Below are positions 1 to 15,000 of a DNA stretch of 64,000 nucleotides, in pieces. The notes beneath the pieces are model-generated. The model did not search any database, was not told the DNA's origin, and worked only from the letters and a program-made list of their open reading frames with translations. This stretch comes from Euprymna scolopes (lineage: Eukaryota), in assembly GCA_053919585.1 (NCBI GenBank), contig CM132810.1. One strand, written 5' to 3'. Each line of letters opens with the position of its first letter. Position 1 is the stretch's first letter. The translations under genes and the position numbers were made by a program.

Positions 1-2971
1 CAAGATGAAAGTTCTCAAAATCATTTGTGCAAATTTGACTCTGTACATATATTTGTCTGAATTAACAAGAGATAAACATATTCTGAGCCAATCAGAAGCT
101 TCTCTCTGAAGGTGTCGAATTTATGATCCACCTGTGATTCATCAACTCGCAGGATAATGCAAGCATTTGTATTACACTCAGCTTTCCTCAACCTCTGGTT
201 GGCTTGGGAGAGTTAAATTCAATTCTCAACTCCTGCACAACAGTCATATGCATACTCACTGCCAAAAACGTGACACACACAATGCCTAATTCTCTTAGTC
301 ACACACAATACCAACAGAAAAGCAACAAAGAAAAACATTTTTAACACTCAAAACGTTTCTCAATTTGAACTATCTATGAAAACTGTAAATATTAAATTAA
401 CATTAACTTTTGCAAATAACTTTGGATCAAATGTAATTTTTATAATTGAATGGGAGAAGTTTTGATTACAACTTTTCTGACTTGTGGCTACTTCCGAGCT
501 CTTAATTTTAAACTCCACCTTCTTCATTAGCGTAGCAAGAACTATCAGACTCTGAACATTGTTTGTTTTTCAATTTATGTAAAATGGCATTTATATATGC
601 ATAAAATATTTATTTTATGAACTGATGCTTTTTGTACTCATTATTGTTTGTGTTTTTACCATACATTTCCCCTACTCTCTCACTCTAGTGTATCTCATAA
701 AAATGTTTTGCTAAAACCTGCTCTGCTAAAATGCTGGGTCACTAAAATCATCATTCCACACTTGTTTTAAAAAATGAGATCATTTGATCACCAAAGATGA
801 ATTAAAAATTGTTGGTTATGTGTGTCCATTTACCAAAAATAAATTTTTTTTACCCATTTTGAAATGAACTGCTTCAAAATCATAGAATTCTGCCATTGCT
901 GCTGAAATTTGTTTTTACTTAAAGGATATTTAGCCGACAATTATGTTTATGGTAATGCAGATGTTTTATTATAGGAAAAAGTAAAGATAAAACAAATTAT
1001 ATTGGTAAACATTGATAATCCTTTTCCAAAAGAATTTGAACACCTTAAAAAAATTATTTTACGAAAATATAAAATATTACTGTTATACATGAAAACAAAT
1101 CTGCATAAGATAAAATTTTAATCATATTTACTGTAGTTACTGAGAATTCTAATCTAAAATAAAAATATTATGAAAATAACAAAAATGACAGTTTTTAATC
1201 AAAATGTATTAACTCTTTGAACTTGTCTGGACTTTAAAAAATGTTATTTATCTCTTCATTTCAAAATTAAATTTCATATTCAAAAAAGATCTTTTTATGC
1301 ATTTTTTTTTAAAGATGAAACCATCAATTGTAATAAAAAAAAAAATGAAAGAAAAAGAAGTGAAATGCTTTAGCAACCCAAATTAAAAACAATTAGCATT
1401 ACTAGCCTACACCTCCTCAACCTGAGCAAGTCAGAATTTGTTTGATTCTACCTTTCAACCATGGCATCTACTAATTGGAGGAGGGTAGGCCTCATCATTC
1501 CAGAGCAGAGGGAAAGACAGAAGAGCTAGTACATAATTAGGATGAAGACCAGACGAAGGCATGCATGGTTCTATTTATGCTACACTGAGAACCATCATAA
1601 ATTGTCTTGGCTTTAAGAGCACCTTTTTATTGTTATTATTTAAAGAACTGTCTTGAGCTTGCTTTCTTCCTGCCAAACCAGCAGTTTATCCGCTGACACT
1701 TCTTGATGTTTTAAATACAGGTTTTAAAATTTGGTGGTTTAAGATTTTTATGAAATTTAAATTTCATGGGTCAGGAAAATATTTTATAGAATGTAGAATT
1801 CTGTATAAATTTATATGAGCAAAGAAAATAAGGTATAAAAGGAGATAATTTAGGAGAAAAGGAAAACTGTCATTTTGATAAAAAAAATTTCAAAACTTTT
1901 TCATAAAAGTAAAATGATTGAGGACAGCACTGTCTGAACATTATTACAGAAGTACAGAGATTCTTAAACACCATCACCCTCATGAGGAAAAATCAAATTT
2001 AGGATCTTGTAGGAAACATTCTCTAAATTCTAGTATCAGCAGAAGTTCTCGTACACAGACAATAACAAAAGTAGCAAGTTGTGGCACATTAAAAAAAGAC
2101 AATCTTTTTGCAAACATGGGTTTTTATGCTCTGGCTATCTATCAGAAGATGGATGCGTTGGACATCTTGCTACTGTAGATACCAAATGCCTTCTCCAAGG
2201 TGAATGGTTTGTAACTATAATAACCGAGAAAATCAGCAATTCAATCCGGTTTGACATTCAAACTTTTACAAATTGTATATTAATTCATAAGTAAAATGTA
2301 TCATAATATTTGCACTGATTTCACAAAGTACACAAAATTAAAATAATAATAATTGTAATCAAATGTAGTGATTGTTGTTTCTGAATTTCATTTATCCTTT
2401 CATTTTTTTCCACTATAGTCTTGACATCAATCACACCATTTTAAACTGCAATCTTAATGCTTATCTCCCTCCCACAGCAAGATGATGTGACACATGTGCC
2501 AGGAAAATGGGATTTGAAAAACCAGCACTCTAGAGTAAGAGCACTCTGGTCGGCAAAAAATGCCTGGGCAGCCCCACTAGCATTTCCTAGGGGAGTTTCA
2601 AGCAATTAACAATAAACTAACCAATTCTCAAAAGGTGAGAAGGCAAAGCCTGAAAAGCTGGACCTCCTAAAACTGCAGAGGACCAGAAACATATCTCAGC
2701 CAAAACGAAACAACCCATCTTAGCAATAACCTAGATTAAAGACTTAACTACCTTTAGACTTGTGGTTAGTATTGGGTTAAGAAATGACAATTTTTTTCCT
2801 TTCATTCAAGTAAATTCCATTTTTTACTAATTCCTCTAATTTTGATAATTCATCTCCATTTACTATGAATGTATTTGCATGACAGTCAACAGAATTATTT
2901 TCTTTATATATTTTTGGTAGTCATGTTATTGTAATGAAAAACAAAAAACTATCAGTAAATAATTTGCTTAC

Positions 2972-3055
2972 CTTAGAGTTTTCTTGTAGTCTTCTCTCTT
3001 TAGTTTCAGCAGTTTTTCTTCCAGAACGTTCTTCTTCTAATTCATGTTCCAAAGT
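2972..3055 (-). CDS. CIT: CIT-like exon, 28-aa repeat (TLEHELEEERSGRKTAETKERRLQENSK)
   Basis: ttccatcag acceptor, GTAAGC donor, 84 nt, phase 0-0. Confidence 0.85.
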
Positions 3056-6000
3056 CTGATGGAATGAAAAGTTTAAATTGTTATTGCAAATATATGTGTC
3101 TGAGAGAAAGAAAGATTGTTTGGATTGAAAGTGGAACCACTTGATCAATCATTAGATAATTACACGAGGAAAATAATGTTTATTAAAACTATTCATTTTG
3201 TTGTGTTTTGTCTCTACATTATTAAAAGGTGCAAGTACAAAGTTCAACCTAATTAAAAAAAGAAATATACAGAAAAATTATTATGTACTCATGATGGAAT
3301 GAAAATGTCACATTCCAAAAAATGTGAATTGATCAAGTAATTTTATTTCATATTTAGAAAATTATTTTTTTACAATTTTTAGGGATTTTAATTGTAAATC
3401 ATAGCCATTAACAAGGCTTATTTTGATTTTGGTAGTTTGAATTTAGTCGTCTCCTTTTGTTAAAATTGGCAAATCAAGACATCTTGCTTCCTCATAAAAC
3501 TTAATATTCTTAGTTAAAAAACAAACTTTCTCAATTTATATGATTTTTGGAATATGACATCTTTGTTTTGTAACAAATACATACATCAATACATTCTGTA
3601 TTTTCTGTATCTTTATTTTTTTTGATTAAGTTGAATTCTTGACTTGCACCAAATAAAATTATCACTTCTCATGTATGCGTTTTTCATCTATGTAACAAAC
3701 AATATTAATTTACTATTAATTGATTGTTTATTAAAATCAAAAATACAGTAGTGATAAAACATTTTTAAAATACTATTTTTCTATTTAAGAAAATAATCAC
3801 AAAATTAAATCAACCACAATCCAAATCAACTATTTTAATGCATTTCTGTTTAAGCTTTCAACATTTGAAAAAAATTTTGAAAGCATTTAAACTACTGAAT
3901 AGAAAATGATTTCAGTTTTGAAAATTCTTAGCAAATTCTCATGTATTAAGTTCAGTTTTTAAAGCTATTTTACAAAGATTAAAATATTATTTTAACAAAA
4001 TTATTAGTTATAGCTTCATGAGAATTTGATTCAATTAATGATTTAATGACAAAACAATGCTGTAAAAATTAACTTTTAAATATTCCATTAAAAAAATAAA
4101 ATTGTTAAAGCAAAACAAAACATAAGATTTATGTATGTGTTTATTCATTTTTTTCATTTGTCCAACTACTACCAAAAGGTGCTGTAACAGTTCACAGTGA
4201 AGGGCAAATAGTATCGGAGGTGGTGAAAAGAGGATGGAAAATATATTAAACAGAAAAGGTTAAATGTTTATCCTGTCCACTCACCCTAACTCTATCAGCA
4301 AGCCGATGTTCTTTATTTTCCAATATCTTCTTTGAAGATGTAACCTGCTCCAAATCAATTTCAAATTTCTACATAAAAGAGAAAAAAAAGAAAATTGATC
4401 AATTTTATATAATTATGTTATTAATTCAATGCCAGATAGGTGTACTTTCATACCACCACAGCAAAATAAATTGTTTCTACTGATCGGTCAATAAAACAAA
4501 GTACAAATCAAAAATAAGACAGGATAGTACAATCAAGTATAATATAAATTGAAATTTTTTTTTCAATTTTATTAATTAAACAATAAAATAAGTCAGTTAT
4601 TAGACTGCATACCTCAGCCTGAGAATGTAAAGATGGACAAAAGTCTTATCTGAGCCTTACTTCTCCAGGTTGTATGAAGCCCAGAGTTATGCCATAGAAA
4701 CATTGATAACTCAAACACTACTTATTTGATCAAACTGAAATTTTTTTACATGCTAGTTATTGCTATCAAAGAGCATCATATCTATATATCAAATGTGGAA
4801 AAATTGTAGGTTGAAATTCCGTCAACATTTTAACCAGTGTTTAACTTTTCATAATCAAGGTCAAGGGTAAGATAAGATGTGGGGCTTCATCAGCTACGAT
4901 ATGGGCTAAATGGTGAGTCTCTACAATGAACAGAAACAAAGTTATCTTCAAAAGTATGATTTGTTTTCCATGACTGACATACATATCCCAAAATTATATC
5001 AGTTTTTAGTTAGACCATGACTGATATTTTAAACAAGTTTGGTGATGATTGGTCAAGTGATGTAGCTGTACTTGAGAAAACAATGGCAAACCAACAAATA
5101 AACTCTACTGAAAATATAACCTCCTTAGCTAAGATAAAAACAATTTAATTTTTCAATATTCATGGTTAATTCAAATAGTAAATAAAATACTTTTTACTCA
5201 AGGTAATATTTTTTGCATGGTAAGATTAACAACTGTCATACTGCCTGTAATATACAGGATTAGAAAATCTGACAAAGAGTAATAATTCTTGATATATCAA
5301 GGATTTTTGATGGAGTTAGGCACAAAGGTTTGTTTCACAAGCTTGCTAGCTATGGAATATCTGGAAATATCTTTTCAACTATTTCTTTCTCACTAATAGA
5401 TTCATAAAAGTAATTATTGATAAGCAGTAGTCTAATGCATATTGCATCAATGCCAGCATACCTCACCGATCTATTTTGGGCAAACTCTTTTCTTAATATT
5501 AATTAACATTTCCAAGAGCATTAACAATCAAGATCATTGTGATCCTCTCTTTTCCTACCTCGATCATATTGTGCAATGGGGAAAATGTTAGTTGGTTTTA
5601 ATACATTTAAAAATCAAGCTTCTCTCCATTCATAACTGACACTTTGATCCTCACTTTACTACAGTTGAAATGGGTGGCATCTTCCTTAAGAAGGTTCCAT
5701 TTTGATAAGCTTCTAGGATTGGTCTTCACTCCAAACCGTGAGTGAAAAACATGAGATTTGTTGCAAAGGTTGTTAGAAAACTAGTTGGATCTACTGCTTC
5801 AGAAGGTATAATTCTCCTGACACAATTTTCTGCCTGTAAAGAGTCAGCTATGTCCTAAGATTAAGTAATGGTGCCACATCAGAGGAGGTGCTTCAACAGA
5901 GTACAAAATTGTTTTCAAAATCTAGTGAGGGAGGTCAATCTCATCATTACAGCTTTATTACAGTAGAGACATTGCTTGTCTCTCTCTTATTTTTATTGCA

Positions 6001-9000
6001 TGTGCTCAACTGAGCTCCAATCTCTGGTTCCTTTTTGTAAAACATTCACACCAAGAACTTGTCAGTAACAGCCAACATAAGGAATATTCCTTTCTTCCAT
6101 TGTGTACCTGGAGCTAAGCAAATCTTCTATGAGCAGAATTTCTTTCTGTGGAACACAATACCACATGGCTGTTTTCCAGCTGAATACAACAGGATTATTT
6201 TTAAGTCTATTGTTACTAAGTTCTTGTTGAGTTGTCATTTTAACTGATCAAATTCTGCCCAAATCCAATCCATCATCTGCAATCCTTATGGTATCAGTCT
6301 CACCTGACATAAATCATTAATCCTTTTCATAGAGTGATCTTTAGGCTTTGATGAGCAGTGACTCTAGCATATGCAGATAAGAGCAAATAGTTATAAAGTA
6401 TTTCTATAAAAAGTTAATAAAAGAAAGTGAAAGAAAACTAATGTTCAATGGTATTAAAAAAATATTGAATAAATCAAAAAACTGTTCAATTTAAGCATCC
6501 TATTCTGATTTATTTAGGATCAAAAGAAAAGTTCAATATCTTACCCGTAATTTTTCCACCATTTCTTTTTCATTAGCTTCTAAGATTTTACGTCCGGCAT
6601 TAACATGATCCAATTCAGTTCCCAATGTCTGAAAAAATATCATTCAATTAGAGAAGAAAGATTTTGATTAAATTACCAGCAAGTATGAAAAGAGAAACCC
6701 TCTACCAAAACACTATTCAGAGAGAATGACATCAGCTCCAACAAATATGAACTAAAGACCAAAGGACACCACCCGAAAATTCACCACAGTTTGTATACCA
6801 CACATGAAGGGCTTGTATGAAAAACTTTAAAGTAGCAATACCAGACCATTTTTTTTTCTTTACATCCAAAAAATTCAAATTAAGCATTATTGAAAAGAGC
6901 ATTAAAAAAGAAATATGGTCTGAAGTCTTTTAAAAATCGGTTCATTAGAACTGGAATTATAACTATTCAAAGTATCGGAAACTGCATGGTTCACCGGAAA
7001 TTTAATCTTAAGTCAGTCCTATTCAAATGCATATAAGCTTGTGATTAAAAATGGTAAGAAATTTTCACCATTTACAGAACTATTCATCTTTAAAAAGCTG
7101 TATCTTCAGATCTCTTTCAAAATATTATGATGAAATTTTGAACACATTATCACAATACCTTGAAGATGGCTGTACTTATGACCATCTCATTTGGTAATTT
7201 ACATACTAATTAGTATATTTAAGTTTCATTTTAATGACTAAGTAGAAACATAAAAAAAAAAAAAAAAAAAAAAGGTAGGTGAGGCTTTATCATCAGATGA
7301 AGTATTATTCTGATGGATATTAACATTTGTCACTGTGAAAAATCCAAGATCACGATCAGGAAATCCAAGATGGCAACTGGAAAATGCAAGATGTCCACCA
7401 TGACCAGATTCATAAAAAGTTTTAACAAAATATGGCTTGTAGCATATCAAATTGAAGGAAATTTTGTACAGATGTGATTATGTTTTAAAGCACATAAAAC
7501 TATGTCCCATTATTAAAAATTGCAGTATTGTAAGTATTTTCTGTTTTATATATGACTTTGGAGGAAACATCATGGCTAAAGAATATAAGCTGTGAACTAT
7601 TATCAACCACCTAGTGGAGTTTGTAGCAAGCATAATCTAAAAATACTGAAATTTGTAGGAATCAGATTTTGCAGCTCATTGTACAATGAATTCTTCAAGA
7701 TTTCTTAATTTTAATTTTCTTCTTTTTCTAATCAGTTTATGAACTTTGATTCTCAATGTATTGAGTTATTGAATATAATACTGTAAAATTTCCAGCATAT
7801 TGAAAATGTTTTAAATGGGTATGGAAATCAGAAAGTTTTCAAATGGATACATTCTTCAATTAATGGGAAAATTTGCCACAAATCATTCATTTAAAAAATC
7901 TCATGTTATCAGTTCTTGTTACCATTCCTAACAATGCGTACATAAAAAGTGTTCAACCGATTCTCTTAAAACTTTTAGGACATAAGAAATTATTATCAAA
8001 TGCTGTTGGAACAAAGTTTCTATCTTAACTTAGATACTACAAAACTGAAAATTTGAGATATTCTAACTTAACTGAAAAGATGCTAGTGTTTTGTTCAAAT
8101 TCTCTAGCAATGACAATTCTTTTGCCTGATTGACTAAAAAAAGATATGAAACTTCATTAACTGGTAGAATTTTCATATGTGAAGAGACCCGACCGCATAG
8201 TTGCAAAAAGTCATCTACGGTTAGCAGGCATGCAATACTGGCATACTTCATTGTAAGTCATCAGATTTAAATAGCAATTTCTTGGAATATACAAATCACA
8301 ACAAAAATATCAAAATACCATTTTAAAGAAAAATTTATTGTGAACAGAGTCATATAAGTTTTATTTTGATAGATGAAGAAGAAATTTATTAATTACTGCT
8401 TTAAAGACTAAAATTCTATGATTGTTAGGTAAAGTAGCGGTGTGAACCTTGTCCAGTACTGAATAGTACATTTTCTAATAATAGTATTCAGGAATGATTC
8501 GACTGAAAACAGCTTGTGCGAATCAAGCCTCCTATAAAAGAAAAAATCATGACTAAGAATGTTGTGTATGAGATCACTTGTAAATGTGGAAAACTATACA
8601 AAAGGTGAGACATATCGTTCACTAAGGGTGCAAAGAACATCAAAAAGCATGGAGAGATTGAAAAGTTGGATATGGCTGACCATATATAGAGGGTAAAGAG
8701 AAACCATCTATCTTTACAGAACAAAATCAAAATTATAGACAGAAAAAAATAATGGATGGTAAGAAAACTCAAAGAAGGGGTAATGATCAATTACTAAGAC
8801 TTAATATAAAATTTAACAATACGAAAATCATTAATTAGAAATAATATATATAGACCTGCACTGGTTAGAATACTTGGAAAAATCAATTGTAAAAAGTAAT
8901 ATCCTTCTGAAGGTTGAAGATTCAATCTTCAGTGTAGGCGACTGAAAAATACAATCGCGAATTACTTACAACCACTATCATAAGTCAGGGTTAATTGAAC

Positions 9001-12000
9001 GAGAACATGCTACTCCTGTGTTGTTTGAAATTTTGTTCAGATTCCTGAGTTCGACAAGATACAGCTGAAGAAGATTGCAGGTTACGTAGATAGAAACATT
9101 ATGAAAATGACACTCAAAATGAGAACGGTTGTCCAAAAAATCCAAATATGATTAAGAGTGAATAAAATGAGAAGTAGCAGGAGGAAAGGTAACAATGGGA
9201 ATATTCAACCCAAAATTTTCAATTTAATCCTTCTAACAAGGCAGTATATTTTCATTTTATCTTCAATCAAACCTAAAAATAAATTTCACAAAATGATATA
9301 AAAGAACACACTGATTATTATTGAGTTGTTTTAAAATGTCGCAATGAATGGAAAGAATTGTCTTGTTACTAAAAAACCAAGTGAAGTCTTTATCTGTTAA
9401 AATAAAACGAGTTCTCTTCTAATATACAAAACAGAAGGAAAAATAAGATATTATAATTATTTACAATTTCCAGATTGGTTCCCTTATCTTAGCTTTGTTA
9501 TCATATTTCAGATGCTTTGCAATTAAGGCTTCTTTAGAGGTCTTGTATTAAACTCGAGAATGTTAAGAAATAATAATCTAGTCAGTAGGCCAAGTATCAA
9601 GATAAACATGAGGTCCTCTAACCGAGGAGCAAGATGAATACGTTTATGAATCTAAGTTGACATATGATGCAGCTTTTGGAGTCTAGTATCTCCCAAGGAA
9701 AGATGGATTTATAGCTTTCCAAAGAATACTAGTAAAAGTGATGTAATCGCCAACATGATACGTCAATAACCACAGTTGGTTTTGTTTTATGCATATTAAC
9801 TTTTTTCATGTTATTTAATATCAAATCCAGTTATTTTGTAAAAGTTTTCAAACTTCAAGTTATTAATATCTTCAAATATTTCTTCATGATGAAAATGTAT
9901 ATTTTTCTGTACGCATATATTTTATGAATAGCTTGTAAATTGTAAATTCTATTTAACAAATAGATGGGACTACTATCACTCTAGCACCTGGAAATAATGG
10001 CAACTAAGATGATTATTCTATTCCCAAAGCTTATAAATTAGGGTTTTAACATCAATTTAGAATTATACCTAGCATAATTATGGCTCCACTTGATTAATTG
10101 ATAGGGTAAGAAAACAGAGTGGGTAGAAAATGTAAATCATAAAGGGTTAAAAGAAGATACATTTTGGAGGGTCGTGCCAGAAACTGAATTAGTCGTTTAC
10201 AACATTCTAACACACACAGTGTGTATGCATTGAAAGCCCAAGAAAATAATGATTTACCTTTAGTTCATTCTGAAGACGATATTCCTTGGTTTCAAGGAGT
10301 TTATTATCCACATTCTCCTGGTCCACTTGATTTTCCAGTTCCTGAAATGTAAATATTCAAAAATTAAATTAAAATTTCACTACCATATTTGATACGGTGT
10401 TGAGAGATTGTAATGAGTTATGCAAACTGAAAGTAAGTTAACTAAAAAATGGTTACACATGAATAAAATTTTAACAGTTTCTACAAGAATCAACCTTTCA
10501 ACAGCAACCAATGAAAACATTTTACCATTTCTTGAATCCATTTAAAGCATTAGTGATACTTAAGATGACAATCCTCAGTAATCATAAGTTACATTAAATA
10601 TGATTTTAATTTCATATTATTGTGTAAAATAAATTTTAAATTTTAGTAAAAACAAGTAGTTTTTTATTTAAGATTTTAAAACTTTATGAATATTTAAATC
10701 ATGACATATTTACATAAATCTACACAAGTGTAAAATTTTATGATAATCATTTGCAAAGTCCTTTTGAAAATGTGCGAATTTTAAAATTAAAAAAAAAAGT
10801 ACCTGTTTTCACTAAAATTTGAAATATTTTTTTTTTATTTATTTATTTATTTATTTTTTTTTTTTTACACACAAAAGATTGAGGTTGATCCAATGAACAA
10901 CCACATGCATATCACGCATAAATGTCCTTCACTTAGATGATTAGATACACTTAGAATATACACTGGGAATCAAGTGAGCGGTGCCTGGGCAACCCAAAGA
11001 GTTCTTGCTGGTCAGGAAAACAATGTGTGGCATACCATTTCCTCCATGTTCCATTCCACGAGGCAAACAATGTAATAAAACCATGAGGCAAGTAAAGAAA
11101 TGGATGTTAAGAACCAATACAAGGCAAGTATACGTCACCCGTACAAGTCTATTGTGCCCTTCTGTAAAATTTCTACTGAGGTAGGAGCTAATTAATGAGA
11201 GACTTGTACAAGTCACAGTTCCTAATGGTTTTCTTTCTTCAGTTATCATAAGAAGCATCTTTCATAATAATGATTCAAATGATCATTCCTGCCATCAACC
11301 ATCTTGGAGAAAATTGTTAATTTGTTGGTAATTACCATAGAAGAGCTGTTAAACTTGCTGCTAATCAGTATTTTAATAATATCGTTTAAGTGAAATTTTA
11401 AAAAGACGCAAAGAACTGAAAAAGAATATTCAAAATATTTCAATATTTAAAAATATAAGAAACAACTTTGGTGAAGAGAAACTATGTTGTTTGTCTTTCA
11501 AGGCTACAATTAACAATGTGATTTGGATATTTTTCTTTTGGACGGAATGCTAGACAATTACAGACGAACAATAAAGATAATCATTTTAATTTAATTTCAT
11601 TGACTTAAACATGGATTTATTTTCTTAACTATGAATTGCTTGTGGCTTTCATCAAAAGGGACATGAGGCGAATCTAAACATACTTGTCTAGATGATGTAA
11701 CAATCATTCTGTTCTACAATTTAAAATTACAAACTAACTAAAAATTCTTCTAAGTCACATAATCAAATTAAACATTGCCTCATATCAACAGGTGAATCAA
11801 GAGATCAAGCTACATTGATCACAGTTGATATTATGCATTTTGGCCAATCATTTTACCAAATGCCAAAAACATTTTACTTTGATTATTAATAATTGTACAC
11901 TATATGAAGATATACATCTGAAAAAAGAAAGAAAGAAATGTTTGATACCTTTATTCTTGCAAGTAACTGCTGTTCTTTTAATTTTTTTCCTTGTTCTATT

Positions 12001-15000
12001 TCATCCAGCATTTTCTCTAATTCCTGACAAGAAAATAAATTATTAAAAAAAAGAAAATGTTAATACATTCCAAAGTAAGAATGAGCAATTTTGCTTCATA
12101 AATATTAATCTTAAGATTCAATTAAAATGTCTAAATTAACTTATCTAAAAGAAGTATACCTTCAGAATTTTGAAGATAGAGATCAGCATTTCTGATAATT
12201 AAGACAACTGTTTAACAGTAATCTGAATAACACAGGTGCTTATTCATAATTAAAATTGATTAATAAATCAAAAATGCAGAAAAATCCTTATGATATATGT
12301 ACCTGTCACAGAATGAAAATGTCATATTAGAAAAATCATGCAAATTAATTAAGTAGTTTTAGTTTTATAAAGAAAATCCAAATTTACGATTTTTAGTAAT
12401 TAATAATTTTGTAGTTGTGGCAGTTCTCAACTCCATTATTGTATCTTCATAAAATCTGATTTTCTTATTTGAAAAATAAATAAATCAATAAATACTCAAT
12501 GAATTTATGTGATTTTTGGAATATAATATCTTCAATCCATGATGGGTATATACATTACAAAGATTTTTTTTTTGAAAGTGTAATTCTAAATAAGCATCTA
12601 CGAATATACGATCATCGTTCCAAAGAAAACCCACTCAAACATTCATATTTAATACTTTTACTCAATAAAAAAGCCCATTGCCTTTTTTATAGTCAATAAA
12701 ATCAATTAAAATTATCATATTTGATTGATACGTAATAAATAGTGTTAACAATAGAATTCATTTTTTTTTTATTAACTTACATAGTTATCCAAAATATTAT
12801 TAAAAATTAAATTGTTCCTGACAAATTAAAATTTTTAAGTTAGTTAAAAAAATAATTTTTGTGATGTTTTGAAGGAAAATCACAAGTAGAGCACGAGTTG
12901 TCTCCTCCTATAATCACTTAGTTGAATAGTGTAATTTTTTTTTTTTTTTTTATAATTTAAATTCAATTTTCAGTCCAAACAAGACACAGTGCCACTTTGA
13001 AGTAGGGGGCTACTACCAGGGACATAAGTTGTAGGGATATTATGAAGGGAGATGAGTAGCAAGATGTCTGTTCACATTACACTTCTGTAAGTCAGTACAG
13101 TTAGGAAAGCAAAATCCCGGAAGGGAGTTCCAAAGTCTAGAAGTTCTGGGGAATAAACTATTGAAATATAAGATTTTCTTACACCTAGGGATCTCTACTG
13201 TGTAGGGGTTGGATTTTGCTGTTTGTCGGGGGTATTTACATCGAGGGGGTACAAGTTTGTAGTTTGTCAGAGCATTCACCATTAAAGTACTTGTAGAACA
13301 GGCAGAGGAATGCAACATTTCGTCAATGGGACAGAGGCTGAAGTTTACATGACTGTTCAGGACCTATCAGGTTGGTAACTCTCTTTAAAACCATGCCCAG
13401 GAGTGAGAGACAAGTAGCAGATGCACCAGCTCAAATGTTACAACAGTACACCATACATGGGCGAATAATGGCCTTATAGAGGTATAAGATACTTTCAGGC
13501 GTAAGTAGCTTTTTAGCACAGTAGAGAGAGCCCACCTTCTTTGCAGTAGCCTTGGCAATGCTCTTAATGTATCTGCTCCAATTCATGTTCCCTAGGAACG
13601 TTAGACCAAGGAGTTTAAAGGAAGTACTTTCAGATGTGTTTTTGGCCATTGCTATTGGTGGTAGAGAAGGTTTCTTGTAATTATTGAAGGAAACAAGCAT
13701 TGAATGAGACCATCCATTTTTGCCCCGATTCCACTACAGATTAGAGGTCTTCATCTAGTGTTTCTGCCATTTCCTTAGATATGTGCTCATTCGTTTTCTC
13801 CTCGTGCCTGTTATAGAGCATGGTGTCATCCGCAAATATACCCATCTCAGAAATGTTCAGTAATGAACCATTCATTAGATTAGAGGGGAAAACTACTTTT
13901 CTGAAAAAACACAATTTTTGTCAATTGTGATTAAGTCTCCGAGAGTGCACACCACAGTCTTCTAGTTATTTTAAGTAAATAACTATTAGTTCCAACTTTC
14001 CATAAAGTAATGAAGAAAATTTCAAAAATTTGTAAAGAATTGCAATTTTAGGCCATTTTCGCTCACTAGAGAACAAACCAGAGTTTTTTGAAAGTCTTCT
14101 TTTGTCAGTTGTCTGCATTCATGGTCATTGACATCTTTTTGTGAAAAACTAATAAAACAATAATGGAATAATAGACTAAAAGACTGGCAAAAACATGTTG
14201 TTTCTGATTAACAGTGGAGACTAAAAAAAACAAAAAGAAAAATTAGAGGAATTAAAAAGGAAAATCTTCCCAAACTGATTTATTTGCAGTTTGGCATATC
14301 TTTATATTAATAATCTTTTTTTTTGAGTTTCGTAATAATGCATACAATTTAATGTGTTAACATATCCAAAACCAAATATTCTCAAAATAATAAAATATTT
14401 TTTGACTGAGGTAATAATTTTTTTTTTTTTTTTTTTTTTTAACAAGGTAGTCACTACTTATCAAGGCCCGGAAGCCACTCGGGGATAAGGGTTATTGCGT
14501 TTACAGTATGTTAGTATTGCAGATTTGATAAAGTGTCTTATTTAAGGAGGCGGTTCATCAGGAATTTGTTTATGTTGGACATGAAGACATCCAGGTTGTA
14601 GTCAGGTGAGAAACAGGCAAACGGAACAGAGTTCCACAGGCGTACACTTCTAAGAAAGAAGCTTTGTTCATGGAATCTATGTTTTAGTTTTGGCACGGAT
14701 AAAGAGTGGGGAAACTTTTTGACAGTGGTTTCAGCTAGACGGATGTTTATCATATTATATTATCATATTAGCAAGGGGAACCAGAGATTGGAGCTCAGAC
14801 GAGCACTTGCCATGGAAGTAACGATAAAACAAAGACAGGCTCGCAATGTCTCTCCTGTGGGTTGGTTGGTTGTTTTTGTTTTACGGCATATCAACCCTTT
14901 TCAGGTTATTTAATGCCGAATCCAAAGATTTTGAAGAAAAAATTTTTTAATAGAATATATTTGTTGTTTTCACGTCGGTTTCTATTTAACCCATAGTTGG

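Noticed and set aside
470-551. Possible further CIT exon on minus
   Set aside because: AG/GT boundaries give 80-82 nt, not phase 0-0, and the peptide does not match the repeat.
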